From Sphaeroforma arctica JP610 (Eukaryota): a stretch of 62,258 nt of DNA. Numbering within the stretch: position 1 is the first letter of the stretch; each line of letters starts with the position of its first letter. The position numbers and the translations under genes are program-made. This document shows, one piece after another, positions 27,680 through 47,576 of this stretch. Location of the stretch: NCBI RefSeq assembly GCF_001186125.1, contig NW_014040325.1, positions 5,046-67,303 of the forward strand, given 5' to 3'. The notes beneath the pieces are model-generated. The model saw only the letters and a list, made by a program, of their open reading frames with translations. It was not told the origin of the DNA and did no database searches.

Positions 27680-28380
27680 ATGTATAATAGCAAACATCTT
27701 CAGGTGCACGTATACATATTTACAGTACTCTATATATCCTGGACTACTCTGCAGCATTCATATACACCAATACACAATTTTCTATCTGTTAAAACCTTCA
27801 TACAATATATCTTATGTACTGGGTGTTCACATGATGTGGTATAGTCATAAACGCTGTAAATATGAATGTGTATCCATATTCTCAATTCCACAAGACAAAG
27901 TGCAACATTTCAGAAGCAAGTGTTTGATATTTATATGACCAACATACGTGATAAAAACAAATTTATAATCACAATTGATGCATCATTTAACCTCGGTATG
28001 CTAATGCTGATATATACTAGACGAGAATATTGGCCACCGAACAAGGCGGTGGTGACATGTAGCAGCCCAGAGGTGTACACACATGTCTATATATCACTTA
28101 ATCAATATGCCACAGTACTGTATATATATATATATACAGCTTCATCCATCCCACAGTTTTGGGACACGCGTATGTATCTGTGTATCGACAAGGGTATGAA
28201 TGTGATATCGATCCCTCACTACCAAGCACATATCGAATATAAATATCATACCGATTGATGAATATCACTCTTCACCGCGCCAATCGGTCTACGCTTCAAT
28301 GAAAGCTTCTTCCGGGACGTGGCTTCTCTTTGTTTATGGACACCAGAGAAACCATCAGTTGCGGCTGGTCTACCGGTCAT
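13696..28380 (-). CDS. ~1330-aa largely disordered protein with UBZ4 (Rad18-type) zinc finger; candidate RAP80/UIMC1-like
   Basis: 18 phase-consistent exons: 28380-28252, 26890-26633, 26076-25769, 25528-25042, 24711-24057, 23728-23571, 22921-22492, 21939-21792, 21316-21253, 20779-20707, 20050-19978, 18793-18601, 17832-17728, 17296-16887, 16302-16160, 15535-15455, 14634-14455, 13793-13696 (3993 nt). Exon 10 encodes VACPLCYKRFSSREIQSHAASC (C-x2-C-x11-H-x3-C). The C-terminus is MSPIKGFVPLAE...GRARGSGGWNYRRKKK. Gene existence is well supported; identity is less certain. Confidence 0.75.
17855..18056 (+). repeat. Intronic direct repeats (GGAAAGTTTGGGCACCACATGTTCA x3)
   Basis: Three near-identical copies; two extend into TGGTGGGACAGAATATACATTTGCTT. 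Confidence 0.85.
27390..27680. repeat. (TA)n/(TG)n microsatellites around a short gap
   Basis: Directly visible. Confidence 0.9.
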
Positions 28381-29639
28381 GGTGATTGGTGTGTATAGTT
28401 TGTATTGGATTTAAGTACTATAATTTTCATACTGGGCTGTTTTGACTTGTGGTTCCCAGGAAGGGATTAATGTAAATCTCTTTCTATGAATAATTTGTTT
28501 TGAAATAGATCGGACTCATGCCTGAAATACTGCGCTGTACTCTGTAGAGAGAAGTGGTACTGTTAAATAGAGAGGAGGTGACATGAATCGTCGGATATAG
28601 ATACATGCACCATCTTTATGTGATACTGTTTAAAAAGAATTGCGTACATATTGTAAGTGAGTTCCACAGGTCCACTACATAATCTAAATCATCATTTGCA
28701 TTCTGATTGGAGAAAAGAGGCGCGCCCGCAATTCTATTTATAGACGAGAGTAGAGTTGTCAAAACCTCTAATTATTTATTTATTTATAGAAAATTGTGAC
28801 CCTTTGTTTACGTACATAAATACAAATATTCCATTCCCCAATTATCGCAAATCGCACACTCCCATCATCATTAGTATATTGTCGATAGTAAATAGAAGCC
28901 AATCTCGATTGCAAATAGACACTGCAGTAAAGGTTTCTCGCAGTGGCGTGACAAATTCTATCAATCCATCAGGTATAGTCTGTCTTGGACTCTGCACGCG
29001 TGTATATGTGTGTACATGGTATGTATCTACGGATGTACATCGTATGGGTATGTGTGTGTGTATTGTATGCTATACACGAAATTGCCATCTATAACGTACA
29101 GTTTTTGTAGCAACGCAAGAGGGTGTAGGTGGGAAATCAGGGGTAGTTGCAAGTACATCAAGTACCTGACCCTCACAATATACTATTGTATAGATACCTT
29201 TGCTTGTTGCATGCTCACTTACATTTGAGCAATTGGACATAACTGGAGAGACATCTTTCTTTGACGGCCTCCTGCCTGTCAAGTGATTAGATATTTCATT
29301 TGGATTGTGTTAACATGTGGATGCGGTTTATTGTGTTATAATTTTTATCTGCGAGCGAATGTCTGGTCGGCGAGCTATTACAACTCAGCTATTGCTAACG
29401 TAGCTATTGAGACAGGATATTATTTTTGTGGTGAGATTCACGGCTTGTGCATACGTACTGTGTGAACAATTTTCTGTCACGTTCCCAAGGTTGTAGTGCT
29501 GCATTCTATATCTACCCGTACACATGTATGCAAAAGTGTCCGCTGTTCTACTGTGTTAGGTTTTGTTCGGATCAGTTTTATTATGAACTCTAGAAAAATT
29601 AAATTTCTATGTGTACGATTATAAGTTACTCGTGTGCAA

Positions 29640-29764
29640 GCATAATATATATATATATCTATGGGTGTAATTACATATAGGTGTTAATATATATTTATGT
29701 ACATATACATATACATATATATATATCTATATATATATACGTACATACACACTTACTTACACAA

Positions 29765-29796
<32 letters not shown>

Positions 29797-29826
29797 TGTG
29801 TGTGTGCATATATACGCATATCTATA

Positions 29827-29859
<33 letters not shown>

Positions 29860-30020
29860 CGGATGTATATATACTACTATATTTATCTATGTATACACAT
29901 ACATATTGATATACAACCTCACCCGACGCATATATCTGCATAAATATTTTATATATGTATGTCTAGATATATGTGTGCAAACATATTATATATGTATATG
30001 TAACGTATTGTATATACTAT
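29640..30020. repeat. Degenerate (TA)n low-complexity tract
   Basis: Directly visible; explains the spurious I/Y-rich ORFs here. Confidence 0.85.
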
Positions 30021-30149
30021 TTAAAATTCCTTTTCTCAGAAATGGCCTTTAATCCGAAAATAGAGATTTTCGCTCACCTGCTCTGGACTACCCTTATGTT
30101 ATACATGTACCAATATGTTTATGCGCTTATTTGATGCCTACAGCTAGCC

Positions 30150-37898
<7,749 letters not shown>

Positions 37899-39366
37899 AT
37901 AGGTTTCATTAATTAAACCTTTATTTATTACTGAAAGCGTAAGCTTTTCTTAAGTCCCTTTCGACTTTATCACCGATTTTTTGTCCGTTACGCAAAATCT
38001 GTCCGTGACGCTTTTTGCCTATTTGTAGACCCTCTTGGAATTCTTCAATTTCAGAAATAATATGTTCACAAGTTATATGTACATATGTATATAAAACGAA
38101 TAACTACCCTCCATGATTAAACGCTTTCAGTCCCCGCGGCGTCCCAGCCGTATTTTATACATTTTGGCGGGTGCACCTGACTTGAATGAATAATAGCAAG
38201 GAAGCGGACAATTGAAGTGGAAATGGGTCTCTCGTTATTATTACACATAATCTTCATAGCACTTTCTATCTGTCCGGCACACCTGGTAGTCCTAGGATAC
38301 GATACACAGAGCTGGCGCTGGACTACATCACATATGTACATCCAAACATCTGGCCAGACATTATAAAAGCCAGTATGTGATAGTCTGCTCTGCATCGTCT
38401 CATCTAAATCTGAAAATGCAATCAGACCCGAAATTATAGGGGTTGCTATGCTTTCTGGACATAACGGTTTGCTTTGCTTTGATTCTAAGTAGGAACGGCA
38501 TACTATGCCCCATACAATAATCCCGAACGTCCAACGCTATCTTACTCATTGTAGCCCAAGAGAAGACTAAGACTAGTGCTGTATACTTGGTGTACACATG
38601 CAGCTGCTGTGGTGCATCCCGTGAAGTTCTCCTCGACCCTTAAGCATACGTCTGGGTATCGTCCGCTGTATTGTGGCGCAAAGTGCGGGGCTGTGAACCG
38701 CAGAGTAGCGCCATCAACAAGTAATGGCCCAAGCGCAGTGAGGATGCCTTTTGGTTGTACACCACGGTAGAGCAGTTAGGATGTCCTTATATTGAGATTG
38801 AAATAACGCAGAAAGGAAAGACGGTCGACTATCCAGAGTATGTATATTCTATAATATCTTCACGGTAGAAATTCATGGGCGGACAAATGAGTTTTTAGCA
38901 AATCGAATGATCAAGATTAGGAAATGTACTTACAGTCCCTATGTGCCTTAAGGTCTTGTTCAGAGATAATTCTCCTAGAATACTTATCTTATTTTATAGT
39001 AGGCTAGTTTAGTCTACAAAGACACGTGCGCGCATATCGTTTAGGTGCGCAAAACATAACCGAAGAAAGAGTACAAAGCAGTGGGCAATCTTGCTCGGCA
39101 TATAGGCGATACAGTTATTGCTGCAAGCAAAGTTTGAGATGAAATGTACCAATTTATCATTGCATGCGCACAGCATTCGGTCCAAACGCATATCAGAGGG
39201 TAACGCATGTTTAGAGGGCGAGAAAACAAAGATGATCGATGTTGTGAACGCATCAAAGGTGTACCAATGGAAATGTAGTGTATAGGAAGGGAAATCAGTG
39301 AATGTAACCCAGTGTCGATTATGTGTCTTTCACCTTTTTTACATATTACATATATCCTGTGCAATT

Positions 39367-42300
39367 CTAGAAACCAACCGCTACCACGCTCAATCCCCGG
39401 GGCGTACGCCCGTCGCCTTCGAGCGGTTGATGTACGAACCCCTTTGTTTGTGTGAACATATCTTGCTGCGATATACCATCACCCACCTGAACAATGTGCT
39501 CCTCTGAATGTGATGTCCTGACATCGACCAGAGGTGTGTCTATGCGACTCTGTGACAGTGTTTTGGATACATGCGGTCTGGTTGCTTGTAGTGATTCTAC
39601 ATCCGTACTACTGCCTACCCCGTGTTCTGCAGTACCGCTGTGTGCCTGAGTATGTGCACCATTATAAAGCACCTGACCTGATTGCGGTGGGCGTGCGTGG
39701 ACCTCGGTGTGTATTTGCGCCCGCATTTGCGGTTGCGAGTGCGACATGCGCGCGTGGGTAGTTAGTTTAAGGTACAATCCGTCTGGGAGCTCTCTCGCCA
39801 GGAGTGTAGCGGTCGTGATGATGGCATGAGAATCGAGAGGTGGTAACTTCCGGAGCAAATTGGCTGGGCTGTAATGTAAATGAAATTTGTTTGTATAGAT
39901 ACTCATTCAAAGCATAAGTGAGTATAGTTGCGTGCGCAACACAGAAATACATGTGGTGACGCACACACAGATATACACATAGACATACACACAGATATAT
40001 ATATAATGAATTCTTGTGCTTATGAGTACAACGTACGGAGGTCGACCTTGTAAGTGAAACCCCCCCTCGTGGAGCTAAAATGTATGTAGACTATGCTGGT
40101 GTGAACTGTGCAATACACAATAAGTAATTCCAGAATCATTCGTTATGTTAATCGACATAGCCACTTGTGCGATGAAAGGTTGTGCACATGTGTATGGTAC
40201 GGCCGTATAGTCTTAAGCTAGTGGTCTTTGTCAGTCTGATGCGTTGGCTATATAAACGCGAGGTGGACACCAACAGTATTCACGCGCAGAATTGGGTAAA
40301 TGTATTATTCATGTGCATGTGAAAACCAGAATTCCGTACCTTTTTTCTGCCAGGATCGCATCTCTTAAGCCAATCACTTGTGCGAGTACACATATGACGT
40401 TGAGGTGCGCTCCAAACGCGAACATAAAGTCCCATAATCTGAGGACCTCCGACAGTGGCGGGGAACCAGCCAGTAACGACATGATCGCTGCAGGTATGAA
40501 CCAATTTTTGCCATGAGCACAAAAGAATGAATCATTGTATCTAGCTCACAATATTATTTGCAACCCAAACTAGCGCATAGCGACACAATAGTTGTACCGA
40601 GACACAATAGTTGTACCGAGCTGCTCATAGTTTCCCTAACAACGGTGTGGCATTTATGTCACGTGTGCTGTTGACCGTCATCGCAACCTAAAGTTGCTAT
40701 CATTGCTGGCCTCCGATCTCAGAAGAGTTTTTTCAACTTCCATGGCCCCGTGTAGTGCACAAGGGCGTCCTGTAGCTACAGCAGTGGACAACCACCAGAG
40801 TCGCACATTGCACAGCAAGAGAAGGGTGCCTACGCCAGCTATACGGTCCATGAGTGTGCGACATAAATCGGGAAGGAGAAAGAACTTGCCTCGCGACCGC
40901 CAGTGAGAAATCCATGCGCCACAGAGGGGACTACGAATACACACTGTACAATCCACTGATCAGTGAACGCGGACATATCCCAGTCTGCATGAAAGCGGAC
41001 TACTACTGCGCTACTGCGAATGGGCTGGATTCAATACACTGTTTACTACGCCCTTACACTGAACCTGACGCGCACTTACGGGAGAAGGCATATGACTCGA
41101 CGGGAATGGTTCTCAGCTTTGCGTACAGATCAGCATCGCAGTGTTTGAGGCACTCTGTGAATAGCTGCAGCCAGGGAATGCGCAGTAGTGCATTCAGCAC
41201 GTACAGTGAAGAATTTTAGCAGGTCCATATAAATGTGATACGCAGGCGTGTTGCGTATACCTATGGGGACGATGTGCGTAAGTGAGGGCACGATGGGCTC
41301 ACTCCGAGGATACTAAACTAGGAAGCATACATGGAACACGCCGATTTGCTTCACAGAACGATCTGGATGTATGAAGTAGCGGATTCACACACAGGCAATC
41401 AACCCCCCAGAGTTGAGTGTTGTATATGATGAACGCGCATGACTAACAGTTCAGTTACACCTAAGCATATCTCACGCAGACAGTGTATAAGCTTGACACC
41501 AGACTTTAAAGTGATGTAGTATCGACAATCAGGACTCTATGCAAGGCGATAGCATTGTTTTTAACATGAATATAGCCTAAAATCTTTAGGCAAATATTCT
41601 GTTCTGAAGGTATTTGCTGATGTCTATTTATACATGTCTTATCGAGCCTAATAGTACAGACATACAAATATACAATGATCGATAGAGGAAGCATCAACTC
41701 ACTGCTCACACACCCGTACCGAGTTTATATCAACCATGGGCAGAGTAAACCCTCTTCCACAGTACTATTGCGCATGTTATAGGCCATGGTGTTGATAACT
41801 GGAAAAAGCAATATTGAGTCGGATCTACCGCACACCAAACGAAAACAATCCACAGAGCTATCAAAGTGTGCTCACCTGAAGAGCTGTGTGTACTCCTGTG
41901 CAATTGGTATCTACGTAGCTGGGTATATGTCTGTGTAAAAGCCGGTGGAAGCAATAGAAGGCATCCAGCTCAGGCATGACATAGAGGAAAGGGGCCAACA
42001 ATACGTTCATGCCCTGGACGTACGATATCCTTGTATGGGTCTTATCTGGAGAAACAAGTTTTTATGATGTGGTCTTAGTTTAAAGTTGTATTATGTATTG
42101 AGCTACGGATTCAGATAGGCATAAGACCAGTCTGATACTGGAGCACCTTTGCAGACATGTTTTTTCTCTCGTACAACTGAGCGTGGACAATTTGCGAGGA
42201 ATGCTTTATGTGAACTACTACAGAAAGGGACGAGTATACAGCCGATATACACCACTTACGCAAAATCATCACCGTGCAACCAAAAAACAGCTAAAGTGAC

Positions 42301-45063
42301 AAAGCGCGCTTTAGTCACAACCAACCAGAACTAAACTCCGCCGTGTGCACTCACCTTCCACCATCTTATGCGCAAGGGCATTTAAACCTCTTGTAATTTG
42401 GTTTTCGTCCACGCGCTGTCTAAATTCGGTGTCGTTTTTAAAAGTGCGGAACACGTCGTTCTTTATCTTATCTGTACCAAAGAAATAGGTTTGCGGAAAA
42501 GATGTCGTCAGCTAAGTGCTCACCATGCGAACACTAAACATACAGTAAGTACTGGAAAACGCAACATTTCGACAGCGGCCTCATTCAAAGAAGTGTCAGC
42601 AGTGAGCACGGTGCACCCATCGAATGCGACTTAAAACGTTCACTGAGTCACGAAGTAGTGGTAAATACTAGTATCTGATTCCCGGCTGTAAGTGACATCG
42701 ATCGAATACGTTGTGAGGTAAAGTACAGCACCGACGCATTCACATACCATGGACTTGGGAACGTCCCTTGGACACCAACGAGGCATATTCGTCGCCTGTC
42801 GTCGTGCATTAAAGATATCGTTAGTAAAGTGGCCCTGGCTGCAAAATAAGTGATGACAGATGTAGATCACATGGTATTCATCTAAGCTCGCACGGTGTGG
42901 TGTGGCAGGAGATAGCTTGTTCTATTTCAGCCACGAGGCAGACTACACACCGCAACAAGACTATCTTGGATCAATATGACAGGACAGTACGCTCGAGCAT
43001 GGCGAAGTGTTATCTGTAAACTGGCATTTCAGTGCGCCTGACATAGTATGCCGATAAGATAAACGCGTGTATGCGACGAATACTAGTTGGTGGGCCATTG
43101 ACCATGCTACTTTGAACTTAGAACGATAGGTTACTGCACCAGAAATCACGGTGTAGTGCGCACAGCTACTTTCAACTGTATTGATATGCATACTATATGA
43201 TAGGCTACCGCACCAGATGTGGCACCATAGTCAATTACAAAGAACGTAAAGTTTGACCGCTATGAGTAATTGGTATAGTCTGAACAGAACGTTACCGCAG
43301 GGAGAACTGATTATACCACACCCAACTGGTACAAAACAACTGGACAGGATGTCCGAATCAACTGGGTATGCAAATCGATACATTTTTTTAAGAACAAGAA
43401 GGCAGAAGTACTCATATGAAGTATGGATTTGCAGACAACCAACTCGATTTACCGAAGATGGCAAATAAGTGCACTCGATACGATGTCCCAATACATCGGA
43501 CCTGTCTTTCAATTCAACCAGTTGAGATTGTAACGAACCTGACACGGTACGATGGCATACTGGACCCCATATCTGGTATCAGAAAATTACATATTGAGAC
43601 ACAGGATAAAATATAGCGATACACCAGACCGATAGCTCAGATCGCTGCTTTTATGAGTTCAGGCTGGAAAGAAAACTAGTGCAAACTAATATATATCAAT
43701 AAGAGAGAGCAGTGTACCTGAGATGGTCTCCACTTGGAGCAGTATTTTCCATAGCTGTCCGCGGAGAGTACAGTATTGTCCACCATTACTGTGGTCCTAT
43801 GTGGAACATCGATAGCGATATGAGTCAGGGACGGGATATTGGTTAGTAGTGGTGGAAACTAAGCGATAACTGTACATCCTATACAAGAGACTTGACATGA
43901 TGTGTTAATAGTGCGACAATTGTGAGGATTGAGATTATGTGCAGGTGAGTGGATGGAAGCGTGGGCGAGATGAGCTATACATATAGTTGATTCTACAACA
44001 GGCATCATATGCCGATCGTCTCACCATTGCACAATGGTATGATAATGCCCGTTCAAAGGGACGAGAGAATGATTGGTGGAGAGGATCCTCTATCAGGTGA
44101 TAAATTACCTATTACGAGTAGCACTCCCTACCCCAACGTGAAATCTCACCTTTTGGTTTAGTATTATATTTGACACTTATTTCGTCCGTTGTGCCGTGGA
44201 GAATGTGCGTAAGCATATATATATANNNNNNNNNNNNNNNNNNNNNNNNNNNNNNNNNNNNNNNNNNNNNNNNNNNNNNNNNNNNNNNNNNNNNNNNNNN
44301 NNNNNNNNNNNNNNNNNNNNNNNNNNNNNNNNNNNNNNNNNNNNNNNNNNNNNNNNNNNNNNNNNNNNNNNNNNNNNNNNNNNNNNNNNNNNNNNNNNNN
44401 NNNNNNNNNNNNNNNNNNNNNNNNNNNNNNNNNNNNNNNNNNNNNNNNNNNNNNNNNNNNNNNNNNNNNNNNNNNNNNNNNNNNNNNNNNNNNNNNNNNN
44501 NNNNNNNNNNNNNNNNNNNNNNNNNNNNNNNNNNNNNNNNNNNNNNNNNNNNNNNNNNNNNNNNNNNNNNNNNNNNNNNNNNNNNNNNNNNNNNNNNNNN
44601 NNNNNNNNNNNNNNNNNNNNNNNNNNNNNNNNNNNNNNNNNNNNNNNNNNNNNNNNNNNNNNNNNNNNNNNNNNNNNNNNNNNNNNNNNNNNNNNNNNNN
44701 NNNNNNNNNNNNNNNNNNNNNNNNNNNNNNNNNNNNNNNNNNNNNNNNNNNNNNNNNNNNNNNNNNNNNNNNNNNNNNNNNNNNNNNNNNNNNNNNNNNN
44801 NNNNNNNNNNNNNNNNNNNNNNNNNNNNNNNNGTGTGTGTGTGTGTGTATTTGTTTTTTGATAAAGGAAGATATAAGTTCTGAATGTTGAAATACTCTTA
44901 CCTCCTCCGGCAGTGGTTGTAGTAAAACTTGCTGCCGAATTTGTCTAAGTACATCTCTTTGTGAGTCTTTGTCGCGAGATCCCCTCTCTATCTGTAGTTG
45001 GTACCACCTTCTCAAATCGTCTGATGATTTTAGTACAAGTGCAGGCATAGCTTCGCCCATCAT
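39367..45063 (-). CDS. BUB2: Bub2/Cdc16-family TBC-domain GTPase-activating protein (MEN/SIN inhibitor)
   Basis: Exons 45063-44902, 43796-43718, 42795-42748, 42471-42355, 42045-41876, 41164-41080, 40487-40340, 39868-39367 (436 aa). Motifs LRGQLWKILL, KIKNDVFRT (IxxDxxR), YVQGMNVLLAPFLYVMPELDAF, PPLSEVLRLWDFMFAFGAHLNVICVLAQ, SPANLLRKLPPLD. N gap 44226-44832 lies in intron 1. Confidence 0.9.
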
Positions 45064-45997
45064 GATTATTCAATATCAAAATTTTAAATGCAGTATCTTA
45101 CTTCAATTCTGATTTTTGTTAAATGACCCACTGAAGAACAACCCTGATCCACCCTTATCCTTCGAGTATTTCAATACCACTGACATTGCCGTCCTTCCTT
45201 CAATGAGTCTAATATAATTTTGTGATATCCGAATATCTCATTCACAACGAAAGAATATGGTTCTTGAAAGTTTGCGTGCGCTCCCGAACAATATCACAAG
45301 TCTTCAAATCTCATCTATATATTGGAATATTCATCAGTAAGAGCTGTTAATTATAAAGACCTTGCTACTATGTAGTTCGTGATTGTCAAGGTGACAAGCC
45401 CAAGGTACCAAACTCTCTTGCTTTTTTGTGATATCGCGCCCAATTACTGATGTTGAAAGATAAGGATATACGACGGTAGCAAACTTCACACTTTCCGACA
45501 ATAAGGCAGTATAAACTCTCAGGATGAATAATTCCCAAACACAATTTACGACGACTATCTGAACACCACATTCTTTGTCGTAAAGTCGTTATCGGAAAAG
45601 TAAACCCCGCAGCGGCCCGAGAGCATATAAAATGTGCGATGTAGTGTAGTGACTCACAATGTTCGGTTATGATCAGTTTCATCGTGGCACATCAACACAG
45701 GGTTTCCCTCCATACTTTCGTAGTCTGCTGCTATAAGATTCATTTCAATATCGCCGGAAGCAACGAATTTTATCACGCCTGGCAGTACTGAATACTAGTC
45801 CCTCCTCGCGTAGTCACAAACTCCATATCCACTCTCGTATTGAATGGAGGTCGTTCGTTTTGAAAAATCTGTGCGCCCGCTATAGTCTATATTCCCGCTA
45901 TCCTAATTTTAACTTCTGACCTTATCCACATACGATTGAAACGAGAACACCAACACATATGATCGAACAGTGAAAACAAGCAGCCAGATCAGCCACT

Positions 45998-47527
45998 ATG
46001 TCTATTGTATATAGTATGTCTATTTATACACGGCCACGAGTGTGTGCGGTTCGTGTTTGCCGCCAGCTTCTAGCGGAAGGCTATCACATGCGCCCCCGAA
46101 TAGTACTTCAGAAAAATAATCAACAGCCCGAATGCACTCGACACATTCATACAGTAAGAACAAGGCTCAACAGCGAGAAGTCTACTGGGGCTAGTCTAAA
46201 ATTCATACCCTCTGCACGTGCTCATAAGGGCTCATTGAGGTTAAAAACTCAGTATAGACATTCATCCACAGTAACAACCAGCACAACAACATCCTGCAGG
46301 ACCCACACATGCGGTGACTTGCGGGCGGCAGATGTATCCCAACAGGTGCAGCTAAGTGGATGGGTAGTCACCAAAAGGTACTGAAGCGTGCGTATGTTGT
46401 GTACTCGATTTGCAGGTATACCAAAGTAACGCCGCCTGTGTGATTGCGCTGCAGTGCGGCGCTTTGTTGCACTTGTAGCTATATTATATAAACATTTCGT
46501 ACAGGGCTCTATAGATCAAAATATATGAACATATTACATGCGCTTTGCGTCGTATTAGGTATCCGTCGTTTATTTCCGTTGTAGTGTTTTTCAATTTGTG
46601 GACTAGTGCGTATATCGAGACAACTAGCGATAGTACACATTTATATTATGTGCAATTTCCTCTCGTACCGCTCGTACACGCATAGCAATCTGAAAGAGTA
46701 TGGCATGAATAAGCTTTACATTCGTAACTACATTAATTAAGTCTAACAGTCTTGTTTCTCGACATGACAAGCTAGAGTGGGATGGATTCCTACTTGGTTC
46801 AAATAACCATTGATATGCATATATTGTCCGAACATATACTTCTATGTAGGACATTTGGCAACGACATGCGCTTCATGCCTCTGCGCGATGCCTATGGTAC
46901 GACGCAGCTGACGTACGCGAAGGGTGCTTGCAGTAGCGATGTATGGGATGTGCTAGAAAAAGCCTCGACTGAGTCAGTCATAAGCATCACCGGGGACGTT
47001 CGTTTGAGGCCGGAGGGACAATCAAATGATGTATGTATGGGCTGCGGCATGTGTTCTGGCCTTCGGGGATAGTGTGCTCTGTAGTTCTACACCGCCTCGT
47101 ACTGTATGGAGGTCTTGAAACCCTCAGCAAATAGTTTTGTGTTTTGATGCACTCTTTATCATCGTATTGACTATGAATTTCGTGGTGGACTCTTGTTTCT
47201 GTTGTCGTAGTATCACTGCCGTCGTTGTATTGCCATCACATCTGCGGCAGACATTATCGCGCGACATTGATTTCTTCACGACTGCGGTTATTAGCATCAC
47301 CCATTTGCACAACCAGTGACTTGGGTTTCATTAGTGCCATCGCTGCTATCAGCAATTACGTTAACACAGTTAGGATTGCTCTCAGCATGTTTATTGCTCT
47401 ACTCATCAGACTAGAAATGTCCAAGTGCATAGTAACAGAACTTCCTTTTCCTTTACTCCTCTGCAGAGCACATTTCATTCTCTTTGTCTAGCTATTCCAT
47501 GTCTAAAACACACACAATTACACACAT

Positions 47528-47576
<49 letters not shown>

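Noticed and set aside
44164..44883. ORFs of 221-299 aa across the N run (likewise at 1754-2339)
   Set aside because: Artefacts of assembly gaps; only 45063-44902 is a real BUB2 exon.
45998..47030. DARS2 as a non-discriminating AspRS paired with the U1-A72 tRNA-Asn genes
   Set aside because: The enzyme looks like an ordinary mitochondrial AspRS, lacks the His of the RRDHG motif typical of non-discriminating enzymes, and lies 33 kb from the tRNAs.
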